Source of the DNA: Callorhinchus milii
Taxonomy: Eukaryota
Assembly (NCBI RefSeq): GCF_018977255.1
Contig: NW_024704771.1
Coordinates: forward strand, 1,984,001-2,048,000
Direction: 5' to 3'
DNA length: 64,000 bases
Shown here: positions 22,349-32,932 of the stretch, piece by piece
Position numbering within the stretch: position 1 is the stretch's first letter
How the letters are laid out: each line of letters opens with the position of its first letter
The notes under the pieces: generated by a model
Told to the model about the DNA's origin: nothing
Seen by the model: only the letters and a program-made list of their open reading frames with translations
The model's database searches: none
Made by a program: the position numbers and the translations under genes

Positions 22349-23523
22349 ACGAAGGAACGTTTCTTTCCTTGGTTAGAGTGCTTCAAGCTTATCCAGCATT
22401 TCCTCGCAACTCATCCTGGAAAACTGCTGGGATGGTGGAGGGGGGGGGTGGGGGTGGGTGTTGGGGAGGGAGGTGGTGTGGTGTGGTGGGGATTGCGGGG
22501 TTGGGGAGAGAATGTGTTTGCTCTCCTCCTGGCTACCTCTACGGGATGGGGAAGGGGGGCCCTATGGTGAGTCCTTAACTCTGGCTGGAAAAGATTCCAC
22601 TTCTAACATCTTGGTCCACACTTGAAACCCACCAAAGCCTGGAATGACTGTCCAGGCTGTATATTGTGTTAATTGGTCACAAATAAAATATAAACAAGAC
22701 CCACATAAGACTTAGCTACCACAGGCCACGGCATCTGCTAACGTTTCCCTGAACCGCTTGCCTGAATCCCAGGGAGGGAATAGTGGAATGTAACCAGACT
22801 CTCTGAGTGTAAAACAAAGAAAGCAGGCGGCGCACTTTGAGCTGTTATTTTATTTCAACGTCAGTTCAGCTGAAGCACCCGGTCAAGTGATTCAGAGTCT
22901 CAGGTTCTTCTGCGCTAAGAAGGGGACGTCAATCACCCAGGGCTCCTTAATGATGAGAATAAACCTCGCGTTTGATAAAGCGCTTCACGGGATATACTGT
23001 AAAGTGAATTCACTGTATATTTTGTGGGCGAAAACGCAGCAGTCAATTGCACACAGTCTGTCCCACAAGCAGTCGTGCATTGAGTGACCAATTAATTATT
23101 TTTTTGAAGGAATTATTATCCCCAGTAGGAACAACCCCGTTCATACTTACTGCTAGGTAAACAGAGGAGTGGGGAGTAACTTGCCCTGCCCGGGAATCAA
23201 ACCCAGGTCTTCTCGCTTGCGAGGCGAGTGCTCTAACCAATGAGATACAGGACTCCACGAGTAGCCTGCGAGCATCAGGTGAGGTACTGGAGAAAACCAG
23301 AGGAGAGGGAAGAATGTTTTGCGAATAAGGCAATCTTTTTTGAGGCAAACGTGGCAGCAAGTTCTAAGGCTCCATAAATGCGGCGTTATATCATTTGCAA
23401 GGATTATTATTATTATTATCATCATCAGTCTGAACTGTGAGCTCAAAGTCCCTGAAGTAGGGCTTGAACTCACAACCTTCCGATCGCCAGGTTAGAGTGC
23501 TGCCGTGTGTCGTCTGAGCCAGA

Positions 23524-23893
23524 CTGACACGTAATGTGTTTCTAGTTTAGTGATACTTTGCTGCCGCATGTTGGTCACAGGATAACAGTGACAGAACACA
23601 ATACGAGCCCCACTCACCAGTGTTTGAAAGCTGTTTCCTACCTGAAGCTTCTGGCGTTAAACGAAGTGTCAATTTATCCACTGAGCCTGAGCCTGGAGTC
23701 CAGCCAGAGCAGGAAGCCACACTGACACTGCTTGTAAATTTCAAGTCAAATCTCAACCAACACCTCCTGACAGGATGTCAACAGGCTCCCCCCCCCCCCC
23801 CCCCCCCACAGAGACCTGACTGACTGTCACAGAACACCCCCCTCTTCCCCCCCCACCACTCACCTCAAAATGGAATTGCTCCCAGTATTTCAC
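23524..23893. repeat. Non-TE block duplicated at 56141-56511 (same orientation); similarity extends into the adjacent L2 fragment
   Basis: About 370 bp, visibly more than 90% identical. Confidence 0.9.
23811..23893 (-). pseudogene. AGPAT1: AGPAT-like exon relic (preceding exon, degenerate NHQS catalytic motif)
   Basis: Minus strand VKYWEQFHFEVSG (cf. AGPAT KYxxGxRFEVxG, same spacing), then after a G-run and frameshift VFCDSQSGL (cf. VVSNHQSSL). Lies 2.2 kb 5' of the 21525-21653 relic, in the expected exon order. Confidence 0.55.
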
Positions 23894-24308
23894 TTTAATG
23901 CTGGTGGTTGGGATCAGGAGGCGTGGAGTGCACTGGGTGGGAGTGGGAGGGTGACCGAAGGCATGGTCGAAGGGGAGGGTCTTGAGACGGGTCTTGAAAG
24001 AGGTAAGATAGGGGGTGAGGTGGAGGGATTGCGGGATAGAGTTCCAGAGTGTGGGGGCAGAGATGCTGAATGACCGACTGGCAATGGTGGGTTGGGAAGT
24101 GCGGGGGACCGCCGAGCGCAGGGAGTGGACAGGCTGATATGGGGTTAGGAGGTCGGAGAAGTAGGGGGGAGCAAGACTATGGAGGGCTTTGAAGGTGAGA
24201 ACTTACACTACCCGAAGAATCCACCATCACCACAAAGTGATCCACCATCACACCAACTGACCCACTATTGCTGAACCAATGGAATCCCTGTCACCCTAAG
24301 GGAACTTG

Positions 24309-24683
24309 GGAATCCTGTAGCTCAATGGTTAGACCATTCGCCTTGCAAGTGAGAGACCTGGGTTTGATTCCCGGCCAGGACAAAAAGTTAGGCAAGTTTC
24401 TTTACTCCACTTTTCTATTTACCCAGCAGTAAGTAGGAATCCAGTTGTTAGTCAATTGGCGGATCACTTTTCCAGGGGAAATAATTACTTCAAAAATAAT
24501 AATAACAAATTGGTCACTTCAATCCGCGACTGTTTGTGGGACGCTGCTGTGCGCAATTGGCTGCTGCGTTTCACCCACAAAATATACAGTCAATTCACTT
24601 TACAGTGTGTTCTGTGAAGCGCTTTGGGACGTCCTCCCGACGTGAAAAGCGCTATATCAAATGCAAGGATTATTATTATTATT
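24309..24683 (+). mobile_element. tRNA-derived SINE with L2-type (CTCCC loop) tail
   Basis: Family head and body; tail gggacgtcctcccgacgtgaaaagcgct followed by (ATT)n. Confidence 0.8.
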
Positions 24684-25676
24684 ACAGTATATTATGTGAA
24701 GCGCTTTGAGGCATCTCGAAGACATGATAAGGCGCTGTAAGGCGTAAAGTAAACTGACTCACATCTCGCAGTATCTCTCTCTCACACACACGCACACACC
24801 AAAAGTGCAGAGCCTGGTTCACGGCTATCGGTCAGTACCTGACACACACTAAGATAAGAGTTAGCAGACGTACAGCAGACTGGCTCATATGTCTTGTTCA
24901 GTAACTGACACACACTCACACATGCTCCAAGTGTTGAGCAAACTCTATACATTTAAGTTCATGTGCTGATGTGATTGTGGAATTAACGTTCACAGAAAAT
25001 AACAGAATCCCTGATTGTAGCAAGTACTGGGCGGAAGATGATAATAATAATAATAATAATAATAGTAATAATAATCCTTGCATTTGATACAGAGCCTTAT
25101 CACGTCTTTAAGATGCCTCAAAGCGCTTCACAGAATATACTGTAAAGTGAATTGACTGTATATTTTGTTTGCGAAACGCAACAGCCAATTGTGCACTGCA
25201 GCGTCCCACAGACAGTCGTGGATTAAGTGATCAAATTCTTTTTTTTGAAGGGCTTATTACACCCAGATTAGTGGAATCCTCCTGTGTGGGGGTGGCGTGG
25301 GGAGTTTGACACAATGCTACATTTGCATTCAACAGCCTCTGTCTGCAGCGGTGAGGAGGCTGGAAATTCCTATTGATAAGCCAGTTAGTTATCAGCACGC
25401 ACATCGCTGTTGGGGGACAGGCATCGAGGAGCCAATAAATAACTGACCCGGAGATAATAATAATCCTTGCATTTGATATAGCGTCTTATTGATTGTATGT
25501 TTTATGGGCGAAACGCGGCAGTCAATTGTGCACAACCTTGTTCCTACAAACAGTCGTGGACTGAGTGACCACATTATTATTATTTGGAAGCGATTATTAC
25601 CCCTGGAAAAGCGATCCACCAATTGACTAACAATCGGGTTCCTACTTACTGCTCGGTAAACAGAGGCGTGCTGAGT

Positions 25677-25999
25677 AATAATAATATTAATAATAATAAT
25701 AATAATCCTTGCATTTGATATAGCGCTTTTCACGTCAGGAGGACGTCCCAAAGCGCTTCACAGAACACACTGTAAAGTGAATTGACTGTATATTTGTGTG
25801 CGAACGCGGCAGCCAATTGCGCACAGCAATGTCCCACAAACAGTCGTAGATTGAAAATGACCAATTTATTATTACTTTGTTTTTTTTGGAGGGATTATTA
25901 TTAGGCATGAAACTTGCCCAAGGTTTCGCCCTGCCTGGAATTGAACTCAGGTCTCTCGCTTGCGAGGCGAGTGCTCCAACCACTGAGCTACAGGACTCC
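25677..25999 (-). mobile_element. tRNA-derived SINE, young deleted subfamily
   Basis: Nearly identical to 35156-35478 and 40308-40533. Confidence 0.8.
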
Positions 26000-28547
26000 A
26001 ACGTGGAAGGTTATTAGTGTGTGGGAGTGTTGGGGGGGCTATCAGATTGAGGGTAGGACGTCTGGTGGAAAGGTTACTGGATTTTTGGTATGCGGTAAAT
26101 GAACAACTTTATCTGGGGGATTGTTGGTCAGGACATCGGGAGAAACTCCCTTCTTTCAAATAGTACCTGAACAGGCAAATGGGGCCTTGAGATTAATACA
26201 TCACACGGAGAATAAGTTCTAAATTTTGGAAACCTCCTGAATTCAGTTTTAATTTTTTCCATGGAAAGAACCGGGCTCCAAATTAGGCAGAAATCTTTGC
26301 AATCTGCTGTGCGCAATTGGCTGCTGTGTTTGGCCCACAAAATATGCACTCAATTCACTTCACAGTAACCTCTGCAAAAGCACGTTGAGACGTCTAGAAG
26401 ACATGATGAGGCGCTGTGTCAAATGCAAGGATGATTTATTATTATTGTAATCTCAAATTTGAAGACGAAAGGTTTTAGGGTGAAGCAGGAGGGATCTGGG
26501 GCTCAGGGACAAGAGGCCAACGCTCATTTATCATCGCCATCGGAAGCTAAAGGAAAGGATAGAGTTCAGATTGTACACAGTGGCCAGTCACGTGGGAGGA
26601 GGAGGAGGCCGCCTTGCTCAAACCATCTCATGGCTGAGGGAGCTGTGGTCCCATGAGATAAGAGGCCTTTGAGATGACATGAGTGCAGGCTGTGTGTGTT
26701 GCTGCGTTGCTGAGGATCAGATTACCAAAGCATTGACCTGGGGCCTTCTCCAAAAGGCAGCGTGGGAGGAATCCCGCCATCCATTGCTGTGATCTCTTTC
26801 CAGGGTAGAGAACAGATGCCTCTCTCTGCTGAAACCCATTTCATTAGTACACAACAAGTCTGTCTCTGGAGCAAACCGCAGGACAAACCCACTACCCACG
26901 TGGTTTGCGTCCATAAACTCAGACCCTGAGTTAGACGAGGCATCAACAACAACAACTTGCATTTATACAGTGTCATTTGGGCTGGGTAGCGATCCAGAGC
27001 GCGCCTAATAATAATCCTCCAAAAAAACAAAACAACAATAAATTGGTCATTTTCAATTTTCAATCCATGACCTTTTGTGGGGACACTGTTGTGCGCAATT
27101 GGCTGCCGTGTTCGTCCACAAATATACAATCAATTCACTTTACAGTATATTCTGTGAAACGCTTTGGGACGTCTAGAAGATGTGAAAAGCGCTATATCAA
27201 ATGCAAGGATTATTATTATTATTATTGACAATGGCGGAGCACGATGCTAGGCCGGGGGGAGGTGACTGGAGGCACGGTTGAATGGGAAGGTCTTCAGGCG
27301 AGTCTTGGAAATAGAGAAGGAGCAAGGCGGAGGGATGGAGGAAGAGGGTTCCAGGGTTTCGGGGCGCAGTGGCTGAAAGCGCGGCCACCGAAGGTGGAAC
27401 ATAGGGCACGGGGCACATGCAGGAGGCCGGAGCCAGTTATGTCTCAAAATGCTTCACACAATATACTGTAAAGTAATGGATTGTATATTTGTGGGTGAAA
27501 CGTGGCAGCCAATTGCGCACAGCAGTGTCCTACTGAAGTGAGCAATTTCTTACTGTTTTTTTTTCTTCAGGGATTATTATCAGGCGTATGGAGTTAGGAA
27601 ACTTGCCCAAGGTTTTGTCCTCACCTGCCGGGAATCCAACTCAGGTCTCTCACTTGCGAGGCGAGTGTTGTAACCACTGAACTACAGGGCTCCACAATGC
27701 AACTTCAGGGCTGTTTGTAGGACAGATGTGCACAAATTAGCTGCTGAGTTTGTCTACCAAATGTAGTCACTCCATTTTACAGTAAAATCCTATGGTTTTG
27801 TGACAAAGTGCATGATTACCACCAAATCAGCCAGAGCTGGAATCAAACAGCACAGGTCCAAAGAACATTGCACTTGTAAGCAAAACCACGATAAATGGTG
27901 ACATGTTATAACACAGGGCAGCGTGGGAGGAAAATAGACCATTACTATGGTCTGTTTCCAGGGTAAAGAACAAATGCTTCTCCGCTGATTTGTTGGGCAA
28001 GTTTCCTTACTCCACACGCCTTTGTTTACCCAGCAGTAAGTAGGAACCTGGTTGTTAGTTGATTGGCGGATCGTTTTTCCAGAGATAATGATTCCTTCAA
28101 AATAATAATAAGAAATTGGTCACTTCAATCCACAACAGTTTGTGGGATGCTGCTGTGCGCAATTGGCTGCCGTATTTCACACAGAAAAAACAGTCACTAC
28201 ACATTGCAGTATATTCGTGAAGGGCTTTGAGATGTCTCAAAGATGTGGTAAGGCACTATATCAAATGCAAGGATTATTATTATTAGACAGTACTTGTGTA
28301 AAAAAATCACTATTTTCCTGGCTCCAGGTAGCCCAAGACACATCCTCTGTTGCCTAATGTAACGCCAGTGCAAGCAGCCCCCACTGCGAGCGGGTCAGAG
28401 TCAGCACATCTACATGCTCAGAGAACAAGAACTTGTTTGGGATTTTCTTCGTTTCCTAAGAATAAAAGCAGCAGAATTGGGGGGGAGAAAGCTGGGTAAG
28501 GAGACAAACAGGGCAAAGAGTCATGTAATGTCAGAACATAAATACCC

Positions 28548-28896
28548 TTGCATTTGATGCAGCGCCTTATTACGTCTTCGAGACATCTCAAAGCTCTTCA
28601 CAGAATTTTATCGTAAAGTGAGTTGACTGTATCTTTTGTGGGCGAAACGGGGCAGCCAATTGCACACAGCAGCGTCCTGTAAACAGTCGTGGATTGAAGT
28701 GACCAGCTTATTTTTTTTTGAAGAAATTATTATCCCAGGAAACGCGATCCGCTAATCGACTAACAGCTGGGTTTCTAGGTAAACAGAAGTGTATGGAGTA
28801 AGTGAACTTGCCCAACATTTCACCCTGCCCGGGGATCAAACCCAGGTCCTTTTTCATGCGAGGCGAGTGCTCTAAGCACTGAGCTACAGGACTCCA
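28548..28896 (-). mobile_element. tRNA-derived SINE, full length
   Basis: Family consensus. Confidence 0.8.
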
Positions 28897-30202
28897 GGAC
28901 AGGCTGAGACCATCATCTTTGTAGGAAGCATCTCACAATGGCCTTCTGTTTTACTGCACATCACTTTTTCGTCCTTCGCACATACGGATCATCGCCTCAC
29001 TGTGTGGGAGACAGACACCAGGCCAGGGCAGCCTGTTGCCAGACAACGAACAATTCTGCTTTGTAGCTAGCTTGTCTCATTCCTGCTCCATTCCACAGAG
29101 ACTGTAATCACTGACAACATCCAACAGTTCTGCGTGACACTGATATCAAACACGCTGCTGCGTTGAGTAATTAAGAGGCTTGTGGCATTGGAACTTGATT
29201 ATAATAATCCTTGCATTTGATGCAGCGCCTTATCACGTCTTCCAGATGTCTCAAAGCGCATCACAGAACAGACTGTAAAATGAATTGATTGTATTTTGTG
29301 GGCGAAACGAGGCAGCTAATTGCGCCACAGCAATGTCCCACAAACAGTCGTGGATTGAGGGATCAAATTATTATTTTTGTTTAAAAGGATTTACTTCCCC
29401 CGAAAAAGCGATCCGCCAATCGACTTGCAAGCGGGATCCTATTTACTGCCAGGTAAGCAGAGGCGCGTGGAGTAACGAAGCTTAACTTGACCAACGTTTC
29501 CACCTGATGGGAATCGAACCCAGTTCTCGTTTGCTCGAACCAGAGCTACAGGACTCCTGTGACAGACACTGGCAGTACACATGCTGTGAAACAGCGCCAT
29601 CTGATGTCCAGCGATAATTATTTCACCAACGGCTCCAACCTTTACCCAACTTCAAGAGAATTTCATCACCAACCTTTTGGTGAACAATCCCATTGACTCG
29701 AATTATTTATTACTACAGTCGGTGTCAGCTGCTGTCTCCCCGCTTGTGCCTTGTAGGATTCTAATATTGATCCTGTCTTCTTTTCCCAGGCAATATTTAG
29801 ACACTATTTGCCTTGCTCAGAGGAAGCCTGAGGCATCCACACAGTTCAGTCGGCGGCATAAGAACATTAGAATTTGCAGCCAAAAGAGGACCAAGGTCCA
29901 TCTGGTTCCTTCCACCATCCTTCCAGTCAATCCACTTTACTGTGTATCCTGTGAAGTGCTTTGAGACGTGTCGAACATGTGATTATTATTATTATTAGTA
30001 TTATCCTGGCAATCACTTGAAATGTTGTGACCCAAACTCTATAGTGTATCCTAAGATAATATTTCCTAGCAGAAATCTATCTAATTTGTTCTTGAAACCA
30101 ATGACATGTTCCCTAGGGATCCTGTTCCTTAAGTTTACTACTCGCTCACTGAAGTAGTTAACGCAGATTCGTTCTGAATTTACTGCCTTCAATCGCAGGC
30201 CA

Positions 30203-30630
30203 TATCCTCACCTACAAGGCCATTCACGGCCTCGCTCCTTACTATCTCTTCGACCTACTATCCCCCTACCTACCTGCCCATACCCTCCGTTCCTCTGGCT
30301 CTGGTCTGCTCCACATCCCCCGCCCCAACCGCCCTACCATCGGTGGCCGGGCCTTCAGCCTCTCAGCCCCCAGGCTCTGGAACTCTATCCCCCAGTGCCT
30401 TCGCCGCTTCCTCCCTTTGCTCCTTCAAGGCCGGTCTCAAGACCTTTCTCTTCGACCGTGCCTTCAGCTCCCCTCTCGACTCTCTACCCCCTCCTCGCCC
30501 CCTCCCTTCCCTCCCCTTACCCTGACCATTTCCCCCACTGCTCGAGTCCCGACCAAACTGTCCAGCGCCTTGGGACGTCCTCCCGACGTGAAATGCGCTC
30601 TATAAATGCAATCTTGTTGTTGTTGCTGTT
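30203..30630 (+). mobile_element. L2 3' fragment, very similar to 1762-2080
   Basis: Long near-identical stretch shared with the copy in the EGFL8 intron; stem-loop tail. Confidence 0.8.
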
Positions 30631-32329
30631 CCATTCCCGGCAGGACAAAGTGCTTCCTCACTCCACACGCCTCGGTTTACCCGGCAGTCAGTAGGAACCC
30701 AATTGTTAGTCGATTGGCGGATCGCGTTTCCGGAGGTAACAATGATCCCTTCAGAAAATAATAATAATAAATCAGTCGCTTCAATCCACGACTGTTGTGT
30801 TGGGCGCTGCTGTGCACAATTGGGCAGCCGTGTTTCGCCCGCAAAATATATAACAGTCGCTTCGCTGTACAGTGTATTCTGGGAAGCGCTTTGAGATGCC
30901 TGAAGAGGCTCTGTATCGAATGCGAGGATGGTTTTGTCCGGCACTCACTTCGGGTTCTCCACTTGGCGATCCTTCACGCCACACAGAGTGGGGGGGGCGC
31001 GGTGGGGTGGGGTGGGGGGAACACAGCCATTAAAAAATCGCCATTTTGCAGAAGTATTTGAAGGGACGGGGAGCTGAGCTGTTTTAGAGGAGAAGCAGAA
31101 CGACTCCGGGAGTAACAAACAGACATCCACCATCAAACCTACCAAATAAACCACAGATTAAACCATAAATCAAGAGGAATGCCGGGGGTCTGCGGACCAG
31201 GGGACAGTCGGCCAACATCCCGCCAACATTTTAAGTGGAGAAACTTATCGCTAAAGTCACTAAAATATTAAGCGAGAAATGAGAGCCGAGAGAACAGCGA
31301 CAGCCCACCCCCCCCGATTGGTGTGGGTGTGGAGTGGGCGGGGCACTGGTGGGAGAGCAACAACAACAACAAGAACAGATGACATTTGTTATTGCCTTTC
31401 ACACCAGGACGTCCCAAGGCGCTGAATAACAACAACAGCAGCAACACAGCACCCCTCGTGCAGGATAGCGCTTGACAGTGACAGAGCCCAAGACTGAGCT
31501 GGGGGGAGGGGGAGGGGGGGAGGGGTGGTGACCGTAGGCACAGTCCAAGAGGAAGGTCTTTAGGCGTAACCTGAAGATGGGGAAGGAAGGGGCATGGTGG
31601 AGGGATACGGGTAGGGCGCTCTCTTAGCACAGTCTTCTGCCCACCTTGCCAGTTTATGCCCACAGTTATTTTAAGCTCTGGGACAACAACAACAACAACA
31701 AATGTGTCTGTTTACCGAGGAGTAAGCAGGATGGTTGTTAGGCGATTGGCGGATCGCTTTCCAGAAGTAATAATCCCATTAAAAAAAACAATTTGGTCAC
31801 TCAATCCACGACTGTTTGTGAGACACTGCTGTGTGTAATTGGTTGTTGCAGTGTGCTGTTCGAAACTGATTCCAGCTCTGGCTGATTTGGTGGCAATCGT
31901 GCACTTGGTCACAAAACCACAGGATTTTACTGTAAAGTGGAGTGACTCATTTGGTAGACAAACTCAGCAGCTAATTTATGCACAGCCGTGTCCTACAAAC
32001 CGCCCTGAATTTGCATTGTGGAGCCCTGTAGCTCAGTGGTTGGAGCACTCGCCTCACAGGCGAGAGAAACCTGGGTTCGGTTCCCGGCGGGTCAGGTTAG
32101 GCAAGTTTCCTAACTAATTGCCACAAATGTACAGATCAATTCACTTTACAGTATATTATGTGAAGCGCTTTGAGGCGTCATATCAAATACAAGGATATTA
32201 TTATTATTATAATGTGTCCACTCTCCTGTCACTGGACTCATGTCCACTCAAACAACAGATCCTGGGAAAACATCGTTGATTGACAGGCCTTGTGACACGC
32301 CCATTCATTGATAAACACAGGAAGGCTCT

Positions 32330-32798
32330 GACACCGCCCTCTCCCGCCCACAGCCTCACGATAGCCAATCAAATCAGACTGATCACGCCCGTAATTATTG
32401 ACGTTCCGCTCTACCATTGACAAACGGGCGAACTACCACGATCAGCCAATAAGAATACAGATCCCGCCTCCACGTGGCGCTGATCGACGTCCATTGCAGC
32501 CAATCGCCAGGCGCGGTTGTGTGACGTGCCCACAGCCGCTTCAACCACCTTTCCCCACCCTCGCCGCACGCGATGATTGACGCAATCAAAGACCAATCAA
32601 GGTGGCGTTCTCAGGCTCAGGCCCGCCCTCGCCCCGCCCCGCTGGGTAATTGATGGAGCCGCTGACCAATCCAGGCGGCGCTGCTCGCAGTGGCACTCCC
32701 GCCCCCTGCCCGCGGGGCCCGGATGTTCCCGGTTGGCCGGGGTGACGGACGGGCGGGCGGGCGGGAGGGGGCGGGGCCGGGCTTGTTATTGTTCAGTC
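32330..32798 (+). promoter_or_regulatory. CpG-island promoter of RNF5 with five CCAAT boxes and GC boxes
   Basis: CCAAT at 32365, 32446, 32500, 32593 and 32666; CACGTG at 32471; TGACGTG at 32522; Sp1-type GC boxes around 32621-32640 and 32767-32778; high CpG density extending into exon 1. Confidence 0.75.
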
Positions 32799-32932
32799 AT
32801 GGCGGCCGCTGCCGATGGCGAGGAGCGGGAGCAGGAGCGGCGGCAGGGACAGGACCGCGGGGCGTTCGAGTGTAACATCTGCCTGGACACCGCCAAGGAC
32901 GCCGTCATCAGCCTCTGCGGCCACTTGTTCTG
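32799..32932 (+). CDS. RNF5: RNF5 coding exon 1
   Basis: gtcATGGCGGCC ... TTCTG|gtcagt. Confidence 0.93.

Noticed and set aside
26756-27988. About 75-bp diverged direct repeat (26756-26832 and 27917-27988)
   Set aside because: Short and about 70% identical; probably an old repeat fragment
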